The notes: generated by a model not told the origin, from the sequence alone. A DNA stretch of 60,102 bases from a virus (IMGVR_UViG_3300034257_000006:1-60102); one strand, 5' to 3'; positions 49,725 through 60,085 are shown, numbered from the stretch's first letter. Translations and numbers: made by a program.

Positions 49725-49864
49725 TTCGTTTTGTTTTATTTTTTGAAATTTGCGGGGGACGGACCAAAAGCGTCCACTTCGTATACGTCGATTTCGTCGA
49801 TAGATCGCCGATAAAGCCCCAGCGGACCGCCGTTACCGACGATCCGCCAGGTACCTTGCGTCCT

Positions 49865-50653
49865 TCACTTCAGAATCTGCACAAACCCGCTACCATCATT
49901 CATCACGGCGTTACGCTGCTCAGTCGTTCCACTCTTCAACCGCAGGGCGCAGATCCTACCATACCCTGCCCTGGTGGCCGTCGGGTCTAGGTATCTCAGG
50001 TCCGATAGGTCACCGTCAAATGTCTCCCACATGTGCGACGATCCCGGCAATCGGTATCGACCAGGTATCCGCTGCCGCAGGGCTCCATTGCCTGCGAATC
50101 CGTCGCCAATCTCGGCGAAACACACGGCCACGTTATCGCCTTTCTCCAAGAGCTCAATGCAGGCTGGTCCATTGTTGCCACTCCACGACCAGCATATACG
50201 ATAATTGGCTGGCAGCGCGCCCTGTCTCGATGTCACCTTTGAATAATCGTAGAAGCCTACGTCAGGGTGTGACTGAGGCACGTTGTACCTCTCCCAAGGT
50301 ATGTCGGAGAAAGCATTCAGCCTTACAAGTAGCTTCCTTCCTGCTGCTTCCTCGCGAATCCAGGCAAGGCGTATTTCGCGGTTAAGCTGTTCAAGGAATC
50401 CCTCGCGGTCACTCTGCCAGAACAGCGTTTTATTGATACGCCCTGCCATCACAGCCGGCCATACCATCGCCATACCGGAATAGCCCCCGACACACGCGCG
50501 CTCACATGACGGCACCGAATGCGGACAATTCGATTTTCCAGTGCCCGCATAGTCCGCCGGCGACAACGATACGCTGTAAACAGCGTATTCGGTCTGTTTG
50601 TCTTCGGATTTTCGAAGTTTGGTCTGATACGATGCCGGAGTGAGTAGCCTCAT
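49865..50653 (-). CDS. GP88-family (radical-SAM-like) protein
   Basis: LSPA...CP....C...C, VRLN..SDI.W, FYDYSK and DGD..DLR.LD motifs. Confidence 0.8.
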   Translation of the reverse strand: MRLLTPASYQTKLRKSEDKQTEYAVYSVSLSPADYAGTGKSNCPHSVPSCERACVGGYSGMAMVWPAVMAGRINKTLFWQSDREGFLEQLNREIRLAWIREEAAGRKLLVRLNAFSDIPWERYNVPQSHPDVGFYDYSKVTSRQGALPANYRICWSWSGNNGPACIELLEKGDNVAVCFAEIGDGFAGNGALRQRIPGRYRLPGSSHMWETFDGDLSDLRYLDPTATRAGYGRICALRLKSGTTEQRNAVMNDGSGFVQILK

Positions 50654-51026
50654 GCGTGTCTCTCCTCGACAAAGTACGCGGTTTCCTGTTTTCCGTTGAG
50701 TACAGTGTCAACGGTTCTTCCCTCAAGTGATCCCGACGGAGTCATCCAGTCCGAGGTATACGGATACTTACTGTTGATGATCCGAGGGTGAACATTCATT
50801 TTCCCGACGGTCGCGAAGAACCGCTCTTTGGTCGTCTGAATCATGGCGAAACCTCGCAATCCAGTATCGAGGCCGCAGTGTCGATGATGACCTGGCGAAC
50901 GATGTCGGCCTGGTCGTCGATTTCCTGCTCAGAGCGTTCTCGTTCGTCGGAGTCGCGTTCGCGCTGTAGTTCCGATAGTTCGTTGAAGAGTTTTCGAAAT
51001 TCGTCGCGAAGTTGTTTTACGTCCAT
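50650..51026 (-). CDS. Two small hypothetical genes
   Basis: Coupled ORFs. Confidence 0.5.
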
Positions 51027-51610
51027 TTACTTCCACTCCTATGCTCCTGAATACTCAAAGCCTTTTCCCCCGCTACAATGATATGGTCAATAAGCGGCAT
51101 CCCGATGATCTCAGCGACTGATTCTAGTCGCTCTGTTACGCTGATATCCTGATCAGACGGTGCAGGATCTCCGCTTGGATGATTGTGAACGACCAGAATA
51201 CAATTCGCCGCATCGGCAATTGCCGGACGAAATACTTCGCGTGGATGAACCAGAGAATTCCGAAGCTTGCCGACGGTTATCTGGTGCCGATTTATCGGCT
51301 GGTTCTTTGTGTCCAGCGTAACAAGCCAAAACTCTTCCTGGACGCCATTGCATGCGAGCGCACGGAACTCAGAGAGACAGTACGCCATCGCCGCTGCTGG
51401 AGATCCTATCTTCGTTCGATACGGCGATTGTGGTTCTGCGATTTCCTTGGCAAGCGCGATTGCCGACGATATTCTCCGCGCGTCGCCTATCGGGATTCCA
51501 CGCGCGAGCATTTCATCGATTGTCAGACGGGCGATATCGCAGATTGAATCAGGCAGGCGTTTGCGGTTCTTAGCCGATACGATGTGCTGCAGTGCTTTCG
51601 AAGTTCTCAT
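51017..51610 (-). CDS. radC: RadC/JAB-domain protein
   Basis: QEEFW, VHPREVF, HNHPSGDP.PS..D and DHII motifs. Confidence 0.9.
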   Translation of the reverse strand: MRTSKALQHIVSAKNRKRLPDSICDIARLTIDEMLARGIPIGDARRISSAIALAKEIAEPQSPYRTKIGSPAAAMAYCLSEFRALACNGVQEEFWLVTLDTKNQPINRHQITVGKLRNSLVHPREVFRPAIADAANCILVVHNHPSGDPAPSDQDISVTERLESVAEIIGMPLIDHIIVAGEKALSIQEHRSGSKWT

Positions 51611-51638
51611 TTTGTGCCTTGCTAAATTGTGAAAATGG

Positions 51639-51666
51639 AACGGCGAGCACAATGTGCTCGCCGTTG
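51639..51666 (-). terminator. Strong hairpin
   Basis: AACGGCGAGCAC...GTGCTCGCCGTT. Confidence 0.55.
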
Positions 51667-51678
51667 GGAATGTGAACA

Positions 51679-53240
51679 CTACGTTACGACGATAGTCATT
51701 GTGTCTGTGATCTTGGCGAGCGACTCAGGTAATTTGCCTTCCTTGATGTACTTCGAAAACGTCGCAGGCGCTAACCAGTTTTCCGTGCGCGTCTGATGTG
51801 CCAAGCCGAGTTCAATACACTTGTCAGTCGCCGCTACGTTGTCAGGACACCCGATTGAACGCACAACAACTGGCTTGAGTAATCGGATTTGCGCGCCGAT
51901 CTTAACGGCCCGTCCTTCCCCGATGTCATCAAGAACCGTTGAATGCAGCGCGTTCATGCGTGCCTCAAGTTCCTTGATTTCCTTCTGTCGCGTGACGATG
52001 AGATCATTTGCAAGCACATACTCGGTGATTGCCTTGTTTGACCGAATGTTTGATGAGACTTGAACCATTTTTGATACTCCGTGAAAATTGTGAACATTGA
52101 AACGATGTAAAAATTGTGAAACTAATTAACACCGCCATATTGGAGATTGCAGAATTCCACCAGTCGTATTTCCTTTTATGTCTTCCGTTCTGTTAATTTC
52201 ACTTTCAGGAAAAACTAAAAGTGTGTTGCTCCCCTCTCTTCCAAAAACAGTGTATTGGTATTCAGATTTGTACGCCCATTTTGGTGACACTGCGATAATT
52301 CCGATTATCATCACAAGTTTTCGACCGTCATTTGTTGGTGCTGCGCCTTTATCCCTGAATATAACTTGCCCTGTCGTCTGCATTATTAACCCCTGAAACG
52401 ATGATAAAATGGAATCGGCGCGGACGTCGTGCCGATGTCGAGCACTACTCTTCTGAATCGTCGTAAAGGCCGGCGATGAGAATCTCTTCCGCCCCGTAAA
52501 CTGCGAGCGCTCCGCACGACTCGCATTCATACTTGCGTGCGTCAGGTTCGACGCCATAGGCTTCATCGCCACATTTGGTACAGAATCCGATTGAGTCGTC
52601 AGACTCGCAAGCTTCCATTACTTCGTCGAGTGTTGGTCGTGTCATTGTGAACTCCGTAAAATTGTGAAAGTTGAAAACCACGCTCAGTTCGGTTCGACTG
52701 TCTCGTTTCCTGCTGCTGTGTCATATCCAAGCAGCCAATACTGCATTCTTTGTTTCGTTAAGTTTCTCGATCCGGGTCCGACTGCCCATTTCATTGTTTT
52801 GTATGGTCAGGATTCGCGACTGTCTCCGCGTTCAAATGCTTCCTTTCCTTTTCGTTGACATCCCATCATTTGGATTCCCCACCGAATGCTGATTTCGCGT
52901 TTCATACGTAAACTCGTTTCACTTCAGTGATCGGGCACCAGTTGCCAGGCATCGTTCCTGTTTCGTTGCTGTACTCAACGAACACCATAATCCACTCATG
53001 GGTGAATCTGTCTGTGTCCATTGCGATTCGGACCCAGCCTATTATTCCGTCGTATTGATCACAAACCGCGCTGCAAATTTCATCCTGAAAAGCATGTCCG
53101 TAAACTCGTTCCATCTTACCGCACGGAATAAACGTCGATCCTGAGTGTCGGTCAACCCAAGGTGCAAGCTCATTAGTGACAGCTTTTAGTTTTCTCTTTA
53201 GGCTTTCGATCTCAAGTTCTAATTCTCGTTTTGTCGGCAT
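51679..53240 (-). CDS. Four small hypothetical (putatively early) genes: 51679-52068, 52126-~52383, 52445-~52645 (GFC..CG...EPDAR...C zinc-ribbon type), 52902-53240
   Basis: Each has its own RBS and an AT-rich leader. Confidence 0.6.
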
Positions 53241-53244
53241 CGTT

Positions 53245-53940
53245 CGTTTTCCTTGTTTGAGTATTTCCCGTTTCCCCCGATGGGGAATTCGTCGTTATGC
53301 TCATTTCGTGCCAATACTGTAAAAATCCGTTTTTCCAGTGTTTTCGTCGTTTCTGTACACTGTTCCGTACACTCAATTCATATAATGATGCACGGAAAAG
53401 TAGCAAAATTGTATAAGAATTGGGCATGTGGCGAGGTTGTACAGTGTACAATGAAAAACGGCGGGATTCATTGATAGATTGAACCGCGCGCGATCTGTGG
53501 CACTGGCACGGCACGGGCACCCAGTGCCGGCGGGGCGGCGGACGCATGGCTGCAGCGGTAGGTCGGCAGCAGGTAAAGGTCGGCAGCAGCGGCGGTCGAG
53601 GTCAGCAGCAGTACCTGCAGCGGAAGCGGGTCAGCAGGGCGAGCAGAGGTTGACAGGGACTCTGCGTTTCGTTGTAATGGTGATTCGCCGAAACGCTGTT
53701 TCAGCGTTACTTTGAAACGGCAAAACGAGGTTGCTGCGCTTCTATCCTCGGACCCACGTCGCCCGGTACACTTTCCCTGTAGTCCCAACGCAGACGAGTG
53801 ATGCGCCGAGACGTTTTGCTGATTAGCCTGTTCCCAAAACTGCCATCAAATTGACTACACTAAGATCGCACTGACTACGCATCACAATTTAGTGTTGTCA
53901 CATTGACTACACGCTAACGTCCTCAACCCGATGACACAAA
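53245..53940. other. Largest non-coding region, with short repeats
   Basis: GGTCRGCAG x4, YTGACTACRC x3; no convincing ORF. Confidence 0.6.
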
Positions 53941-53955
53941 TCATCGGGCTTTTTT
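53927..53955 (+). terminator. Terminator
   Basis: CCCGATGA-CACAAA-TCATCGGG followed by a T run. Confidence 0.6.
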
Positions 53956-54168
53956 AATGCACTTCCGGCACCCCGCTTTCTTCTTAAGTAACCGCCGGAA
54001 CACGTTCCTGAAGATCCGCCGCCACCATGGGACCTTGCGTCTCATAGCACGGACAACGGCATCAGCCTGTTCGAATGAGCGGGTATGGCAGAGCCTGAAA
54101 ACAGCCGGCCCGACAATGCATCCTCGTTGATTGCAGAACCCTGGCCTTTCGCACATGCATTTCTTCAT
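53941..54168 (-). CDS. Small Cys-rich basic protein
   Basis: C.C..PGFC motif. Confidence 0.55.
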   Translation of the reverse strand: MKKCMCERPGFCNQRGCIVGPAVFRLCHTRSFEQADAVVRAMRRKVPWWRRIFRNVFRRLLKKKAGCRKCIKKAR

Positions 54169-54863
54169 ATGCTAAGCACAGCTCCGGCGAGAGAGCATCC
54201 ATCGAGAACGCAGCACTGCGGAAGTCCTGCGCACGCGCCAGACGGGAATACACCGTTAACGCAGAACCATCCAATGCGAGACAAGTCGAACTCACCAGCG
54301 AATCCTCCTTCATCGGGAAGGCATTCGCATGCGTCCAAGAGATACTGACGCCATCGTGCATGGTCAGGAGGTGTAGATTGAGGAATGCAATCCAGGGTGT
54401 TTTCTTTGAGAAGTTCGCCTGAATTCAGTTCGAGCCCATTCTCAACACCAAAGAACTGAACAACAACAGTAATGTTGCAGCAATCCTGAACCGTTAAGTC
54501 ATGCGTGAGATACAGCAGCATTCTGATGTTGCATGTGTCCTCCATGCAAAATGGGGGAGGATCAGGAAAAGGACCACCACCAGCAGCGAGATAAAATTTA
54601 CCAGGCAGAACCAATTCGGTGATTGCGAAGTAACAAGTGCATGGCCCGCAGGACCCTTGTGGCCAATCGAACTTATCCGCTGGATTAAGCGGCGTAAAGA
54701 CACCTGACATGCCGTCAATCGCAGGACATGCTGGCGCAGTGATCAGCCACGGGATGTCTATCAGTTCGTCGGGATCAGCGTCACGATCGATTGGAAAACA
54801 TGCCCCGATACACCCACCACAGCAGCCACACTTCAGAATTGCTTCCTTCATGTTGCCTGGCAT
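54165..54863 (-). CDS. Cys-rich protein (about 21 Cys in 232 aa), possibly virion-associated
   Basis: CGCCGGC N-terminus; acidic composition like the tail proteins. Confidence 0.55.
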   Translation of the reverse strand: MPGNMKEAILKCGCCGGCIGACFPIDRDADPDELIDIPWLITAPACPAIDGMSGVFTPLNPADKFDWPQGSCGPCTCYFAITELVLPGKFYLAAGGGPFPDPPPFCMEDTCNIRMLLYLTHDLTVQDCCNITVVVQFFGVENGLELNSGELLKENTLDCIPQSTPPDHARWRQYLLDACECLPDEGGFAGEFDLSRIGWFCVNGVFPSGACAGLPQCCVLDGCSLAGAVLSI

Positions 54864-55219
54864 ACTTCGCTCCCATTGCTTGGCAACACCAGGATTATCT
54901 GCGGCCCTTCGTTCTTGGCTTCACCGGGATCTGACGCCTTGAGCACTGCAAGCTCCACCTGAATCTGCAGTTTCTGCTGCTCCATATTCATCGACTCCAT
55001 CCGAAGAATACGATCGACGGCCTGCAGGCGAATTTCGACATCCTGCGTTTCGTTCATGGCTTGTTCTTCGCAGAACTCTGCGATGGAGTCTTTATCGCGG
55101 ATCTTCCATCGTTCCTGACCGTTCGACTCCCGAAGCATCTTCCCGATCATGCCGTGCGTTTGTCGCGCGGTGAGACCTGAGAATGGTTCGTCTTCGTCGA
55201 AACGTCGATCAGACATCAA
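54848..55219 (-). CDS. Putative terminase small subunit
   Basis: Helical, ending IILVLPSNG like the V.IYLPDNG tails of TerS proteins. Confidence 0.45.
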   Translation of the reverse strand: MMSDRRFDEDEPFSGLTARQTHGMIGKMLRESNGQERWKIRDKDSIAEFCEEQAMNETQDVEIRLQAVDRILRMESMNMEQQKLQIQVELAVLKASDPGEAKNEGPQIILVLPSNGSEVCQAT

Positions 55220-55409
55220 CAGGCTCCGCAGTAATCGTGAACTTGTATCTCTTGTCCTGCTCGCACTTCATAAACCTGAAGATCGTGTCTGGGTAAAAGT
55301 ATGCATTAGGATCAAGATCAACTTTCGCTAATGTCTTTTCATCGACTTTGTCGAAGCAGAAGTGTTCTCCGTCATCTGAGATCTCGCCTTCGAATTCAAT
55401 GCTGGCCAC
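55209..55409 (-). CDS. Hypothetical protein
   Basis: Coupled ORF. Confidence 0.5.
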   Translation of the reverse strand: MASIEFEGEISDDGEHFCFDKVDEKTLAKVDLDPNAYFYPDTIFRFMKCEQDKRYKFTITAEPVDV

Positions 55410-55695
55410 ACATCACCCCTTCCATCACTTCCCGCGCCTCATCAACCGAACGAACTACGACCGAAATCCCATTCGCTGAACGGATCTTCTTCTGCTGCAA
55501 CTTCTGCATCTCCGACTGAACGCCGTCCTCCGACTTCACTTCCATCGCGATGAACATCCCATTGCTGCAAATCAGGATGTCCGGTACTCCTGTCATCCCG
55601 TAGATCGACGCTGCGTACTTCACTGCCCAGGTGTTCGGAAGTTTGTTCAGCATTCGAAGAATCTCGCTTTGGATCCTCGATTCGTTCTTGCTCAT
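55396..55695 (-). CDS. VRR-NUC nuclease
   Basis: ES.IQ, GVPDI, FIAMEVK, Q...Q and VVRSVDE motifs. Confidence 0.9.
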   Translation of the reverse strand: MSKNESRIQSEILRMLNKLPNTWAVKYAASIYGMTGVPDILICSNGMFIAMEVKSEDGVQSEMQKLQQKKIRSANGISVVVRSVDEAREVMEGVMCGQH

Positions 55696-57694
55696 CCGTG
55701 AACACCTCAGAAAATTGCCAGTAATCCTTCGGGCATGCAAGAAACAATTTTCTTCCTCTGCCATGCTCCACTAAATCTACAATGCATCTGTAATTCTTGA
55801 GAGCCCGAGTAATCACAGTGTACCGCAAACACAGATCTTCAGCGAAGGTGGACTGACTCGCTTTTTCTGAAGAGGTTGCAAGGCAATAGACATCCATGGC
55901 CTGAAGTCCTTTAACCGAATGACAGGATCCTATCCGAATTTTGGGCTCCCGTACCACATCGATTCCAAATTTATCAATTGCCGTGTCAAGCAACAAAAAC
56001 ATGTCCTTGCGCCATTTCTCTTCCAAAACAAAATTCACGAATGCTTCAGCCGCACCCCACTGTTCCAGTTCTTCCAGACGAAACACCAGATCGTGACTGC
56101 ACGTCATTTTTTTCCAGCGAGCCTTCTCTCCACGCTTAAATAACTCTACTCCTTCGTGCTTTGCCGGGAAGTTCTCAGTAAGACGACGAAAATCCTGTTC
56201 GCTGATCTTCTCTCCGTCTCGAAGTGCTCTCATCGTCAGAACGATAGCAATTTTAACCGGGGCTTCCCACTGGGATGACTTTTTCTCCTGAACACTGGCC
56301 CACGGGATACAGAGTTGATCCAGCCTGTCCTTCACACGACCGAGAGCAAACCAAGTTCTGGCAACGATCATCGTATCTCTCTTTGCCATCATCGGCAGCG
56401 CGGCCATGAACTTCGACATCTCAGACATTCCCACAGATCCTCCGTGGATGTCCGAATACGGTTTCCTTTCCTCGTATTCCGAATCTTCTCTTAGTACCTG
56501 TTCTCCCCAGTCTATCACACAGTTGGGATTACGGTAGCTTTTGTTCAGGATGATTCGTCGTCCTTCGTTTTTGGCCTCACGCTCTCTGGACGCGAATACG
56601 GCACTGTCAGACCCTGCGAACGAATACACACTTTGGTACCGGTCGCCTAGACGCCAAAGCTCTCCTGAGGCCTCTGGGAGGCCTTCAGCGATGCGTTCAG
56701 CCACGGCGTCAAGAAGTCTCGAACAGTCCTGATACTCGTCCAGCATCAGTACCTGTATGCCGTACGGCACTGTACCGAGCGGGTAGCAGCGGCGGAAGTT
56801 CAGGTCTGAATCGGCCTCAAACCCAGCAAAACGCATAAGAATGTCGAAAAAATCGAGTTGTCCGCTGTACCTTTTTGCATCCTCAAACTGACGAATCACA
56901 TTCTGAAACTCAGGTCTGTCACACGTGTCACACCCTGTCACACCAAATTCTGAAGAGGTGGTGCAACTTTTTTTCCAGTCTTTTACGCTATATAGAGCAC
57001 TTTTTTTAGTCTCTGTCACACTGTCACACTCTTTTTTAGATTCCGCAGCTGACTTGTTGTTTTCTGTTTCAGAAAAATGTCCCCCTATAAGCGTATAATC
57101 AGACCGGTCAGAACCCTCGAATATGGCTGGTTTTTCGATTTTCGCATCAAAAAACGCTGGCACAGCGGAAGTGTGACAAGGTGTGACAGCGTGTGACACC
57201 TCGCGAATTTGCTGGCTTTTTGTGTCCCAGCAATCTGATGTTGCTGTGACAGACGGGTTTGTCCCGTGTGACACTTCCTGGACGATCAATCGGGAGAGTC
57301 TGGCTCTTGAGATGTCCCAGGCGGTCAATGCTTGGTCGATTTTGTCACCGAGAGTTCCTGCTTCTCCGCCCCTTGGCATACCACAGCACTCTGCGACGAA
57401 TTCTCGACCAGCTTTGGTATCATGATCAATGATCACCTTGCTGTCAAGTGAGAGACCACGAAAAGCCATCGCATGGAGAGTTTTGAAGTGACCTTCAGTG
57501 CGTAACCGATCAGAATCGACGCCAGTGATCACAGCCGCACGCTGGGCAGCTTCCTGACATGCCGCGCGGGAGAACGAGCAGAATGCGATCTCATTCCATT
57601 TGACGCCTTCACGGAGCTTCTGTTCGACAATTTCCATTCCTCTCTGTGTTTTTCCGCTCCCACTTACGCCAACTATTACATATGTAGTTGCCAT
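55442..57694 (-). CDS. UvrD/Rep-like SF1 helicase with an internal insertion
   Basis: GVSGSGKT, TLHA, DEYQD, GDRYQSVY.F.G, L.KSYR, HSVKGLQ and YT.ITRA motifs. Confidence 0.9.
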   Translation of the reverse strand: MATTYVIVGVSGSGKTQRGMEIVEQKLREGVKWNEIAFCSFSRAACQEAAQRAAVITGVDSDRLRTEGHFKTLHAMAFRGLSLDSKVIIDHDTKAGREFVAECCGMPRGGEAGTLGDKIDQALTAWDISRARLSRLIVQEVSHGTNPSVTATSDCWDTKSQQIREVSHAVTPCHTSAVPAFFDAKIEKPAIFEGSDRSDYTLIGGHFSETENNKSAAESKKECDSVTETKKSALYSVKDWKKSCTTSSEFGVTGCDTCDRPEFQNVIRQFEDAKRYSGQLDFFDILMRFAGFEADSDLNFRRCYPLGTVPYGIQVLMLDEYQDCSRLLDAVAERIAEGLPEASGELWRLGDRYQSVYSFAGSDSAVFASREREAKNEGRRIILNKSYRNPNCVIDWGEQVLREDSEYEERKPYSDIHGGSVGMSEMSKFMAALPMMAKRDTMIVARTWFALGRVKDRLDQLCIPWASVQEKKSSQWEAPVKIAIVLTMRALRDGEKISEQDFRRLTENFPAKHEGVELFKRGEKARWKKMTCSHDLVFRLEELEQWGAAEAFVNFVLEEKWRKDMFLLLDTAIDKFGIDVVREPKIRIGSCHSVKGLQAMDVYCLATSSEKASQSTFAEDLCLRYTVITRALKNYRCIVDLVEHGRGRKLFLACPKDYWQFSEVFTDEQERIEDPKRDSSNAEQTSEHLGSEVRSVDLRDDRSTGHPDLQQWDVHRDGSEVGGRRSVGDAEVAAEEDPFSEWDFGRSSFG
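56917..57273. repeat. Inverted iteron-like arrays; putative replication origin
   Basis: TGTCACAC x5 (56917, 56926, 56936, 57014, 57022) facing GTGTGACA x4 (57171, 57181, 57191, 57266) around A/T tracts. Confidence 0.7.
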
Positions 57695-58203
57695 TATTTC
57701 GCCCGTACCTTTCCATGGTTTTGGTGGAATCCGTACTTCAATTCGGCTTCCTCTCTCGCTTCAACAGCGTCGTTGAAATCGTCAAAATATCCCAGACTTA
57801 TTTTTCTGCCGTCAATTTTTATATCTGCACGCCACTTTGACGTCTGTTTGAACCAGTGAACTCCGCATTGTCCGCTTTTATTGTTTCTATTGAGTCTTCT
57901 GTTTTTCGTGTTTTCAGACTGAGCGACATCTCGCAGATTTTCAATCTTATTGTTCAGTCCATTCCCGTCGATGTGATCGATTCCTCCCTTTGGCCAATCG
58001 CCGTACGTCATCAGCCAGACTAGGCGATGCACGTAGTATTTTTTCCCCTTGAACCCAACACTCAGATATTCTGTGTTCATTTTCTTTGATTGATATGCTC
58101 CTCCTGCTGGATCTCCAGGTTTCATCTTCTTCGCTCGTGCAATTTTCCACCGCAGCACTCCGTCCTCGATATACCACGTCTCTCTCGCAGTTTCAGCATC
58201 CAT
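57694..58203 (-). CDS. HNH-AP2 homing endonuclease
   Basis: VHRLVW, IDHIDGN..NN.IENLR; AP2 domain GV.W...KWRA.I...LGYF. Confidence 0.92.
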   Translation of the reverse strand: MDAETARETWYIEDGVLRWKIARAKKMKPGDPAGGAYQSKKMNTEYLSVGFKGKKYYVHRLVWLMTYGDWPKGGIDHIDGNGLNNKIENLRDVAQSENTKNRRLNRNNKSGQCGVHWFKQTSKWRADIKIDGRKISLGYFDDFNDAVEAREEAELKYGFHQNHGKVRAK

Positions 58204-58394
58204 AACCCACACTCCAGACACGAAAACACCCGATTCCGCAGATCTGGAAGAATCCACGCTCGGGTGTTTTCACCGACAGCGGCAGGCCGATATCGGAATC
58301 AGTTTATCTTTGAGGTCTGCCTTCCAGAACAGACGACGCCGCCCATCATACCGACGAACGCGGATGTATTCAACGACTACCACTCACAAACGGA

Positions 58395-59267
58395 TCATCG
58401 CTTCAGCCTCCTTGTCATCCACCCTCGCAATTGCCGAACCACTTCAGATATTGTGAACGTCTCGTTCCCGAGCTGCCACTTTCCGTTGATCCTGACTCGC
58501 CACTTGCTCTGCTGGCTGTGGTATGGGAACAACTGCGGCCACAGTTTTCCACTAAACAATTCCACCTTCATTGACTTGCCTCGAATTTCGGCAAAGATTT
58601 TAACGTCTGGTTTTCGTTTTTCTGACATATCCAGAGTTTTTCCTTGTCGTTGCGGTGTATTTCGATTAGGGCTCGGCGATCGCAGATACACGAGTCGATC
58701 GGCAGCCGGTGCATGGGCCTCACGTCAGAACCACCCTCTTCCGTTCATTAAAAGTAACAAAGCCACCACCGTCATCCCGCTCATCGACCGAAGACGCCAA
58801 CACCTCGGTACTTTCAAGTCCACAGTGTTCCAGCAGGCACTGCCATTTCTCCGCATCCAGGCAACTCCAGTTCTGCACAACGAACCGCCCACCCATCTTC
58901 GCCACCCTGAAATACAACCACATCTGCCTTCTTCGTTGGTAGTGGCGATAATGTTTCACACGAATCAGATCACCGACGTGAATCGGGATTCCGTGAACGT
59001 CGTGGAAGCCGGTCGGTTCGCTCATTGGATATAGTCGCTTGGTTTGAATGGGACAAACACAACTGGAATCATTTTTACGTCGTATTTTTTGGCGGCGATT
59101 CGTTCAGCGATCGACTGATGTCTGTTGCACTGAGGACTCCTGTACCGCCTACTCAATAATGGGTTTCCGTCGTTATCGACTAACCACCACGAGTCTGTGA
59201 TGATCTGGAACAGCCCGTCTTGTGGAGTATCCCATTTTTCAATCGGAACGTATTTACTTTCGCTCAT
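58395..59267 (-). CDS. Three small hypothetical genes (58395-~58628, 58720-59025 YopX-like start, 59022-~59267)
   Basis: TGFHD..G..I..GD.I motif in the second; coupled ORFs. Confidence 0.55.
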
Positions 59268-60085
59268 TCCTCTTGATCCCTCCCCTCTTTCAACGCCTTC
59301 GTCGGCACCGCCGGACTCGCGGCAATAATCTGCTGCAGAATTGGCTTGAAAATTCTCCACATATCCAAAACGCCAGCATCCATCCTGGAAATCGAATCAT
59401 CGTCCATCGTCCACCACGATTCGATTGGATGACACTGGCAACCAATGAAAATGTGAGTCGCAGTGTACACAACAGAGAACATATAGATTTGCAGCGACTT
59501 CACCTCTCGCATGTTTCCAACCGCGCCGTTCAGGTCCGCACCGTTCAGGTCCGCGCCGTTCAGGTCCGCGCCGCTCAGGTTCGCGCCTCTCAGGTTCGCG
59601 CCTCTCAGGTCCGCGCCGTTCAGGTTCGCGCCGTTCAGGTCCGCGCCGTTCAGGTCCGCGCCGTTCAGGTCCGCACCGTTCAGGTCCGCGCGGCTCAGGT
59701 CCGCGCGGCTCAGGTCCGCGCCGCTCAGGTCCGCGCCGCTCAGGTACGCACCGCTCAGGTCCGCGCGGCTCATGTTCGCGCCGTTCAGGTCCGCGTCTCT
59801 CAGGTCCGCGCCGCTCAGGTACGCACCGCTCAGGTCCGCGCGGCTCAGGTCCGCGCCGCTCAGGTCCGCGCCGCTCAGGTTCGCGCCTCTCAGGTACGCA
59901 CCGTTCAGGTCCGCGCCTCTCAGGTTCGCGCCGCTCAGGTACGCGCCTCTCATATTCGCGCCGCTCAGGTCCGCACCGCTCAGGTCCGCGCCGCTCAGGT
60001 TCGCGCCTCTCATGTTCGCGATATCCGAATTACTCCACAACACTGACCCGTTGAATCGATGTTTAATTTCAACCACAACAACCAC
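59264..60085 (-). CDS. Pentapeptide repeat protein
   Basis: More than 30 A(D/N/Y)L(S/N/R)(G/R) repeats; C-terminal IGCQ.H...W. Confidence 0.92.
   Translation of the reverse strand: MVVVVEIKHRFNGSVLWSNSDIANMRGANLSGADLSGADLSGANMRGAYLSGANLRGADLNGAYLRGANLSGADLSGADLSRADLSGAYLSGADLRDADLNGANMSRADLSGAYLSGADLSGADLSRADLSRADLNGADLNGADLNGADLNGANLNGADLRGANLRGANLSGADLNGADLNGADLNGAVGNMREVKSLQIYMFSVVYTATHIFIGCQCHPIESWWTMDDDSISRMDAGVLDMWRIFKPILQQIIAASPAVPTKALKEGRDQEE

Noticed and set aside
58090-59034. Long plus-strand ORFs here and at 6145-6906
   Set aside because: Antisense to well-supported genes, with no motifs or RBS
59222-60046. Plus-strand QVRAA repeat ORF, or a CRISPR-like repeat
   Set aside because: Antisense shadow of the pentapeptide gene; no spacers
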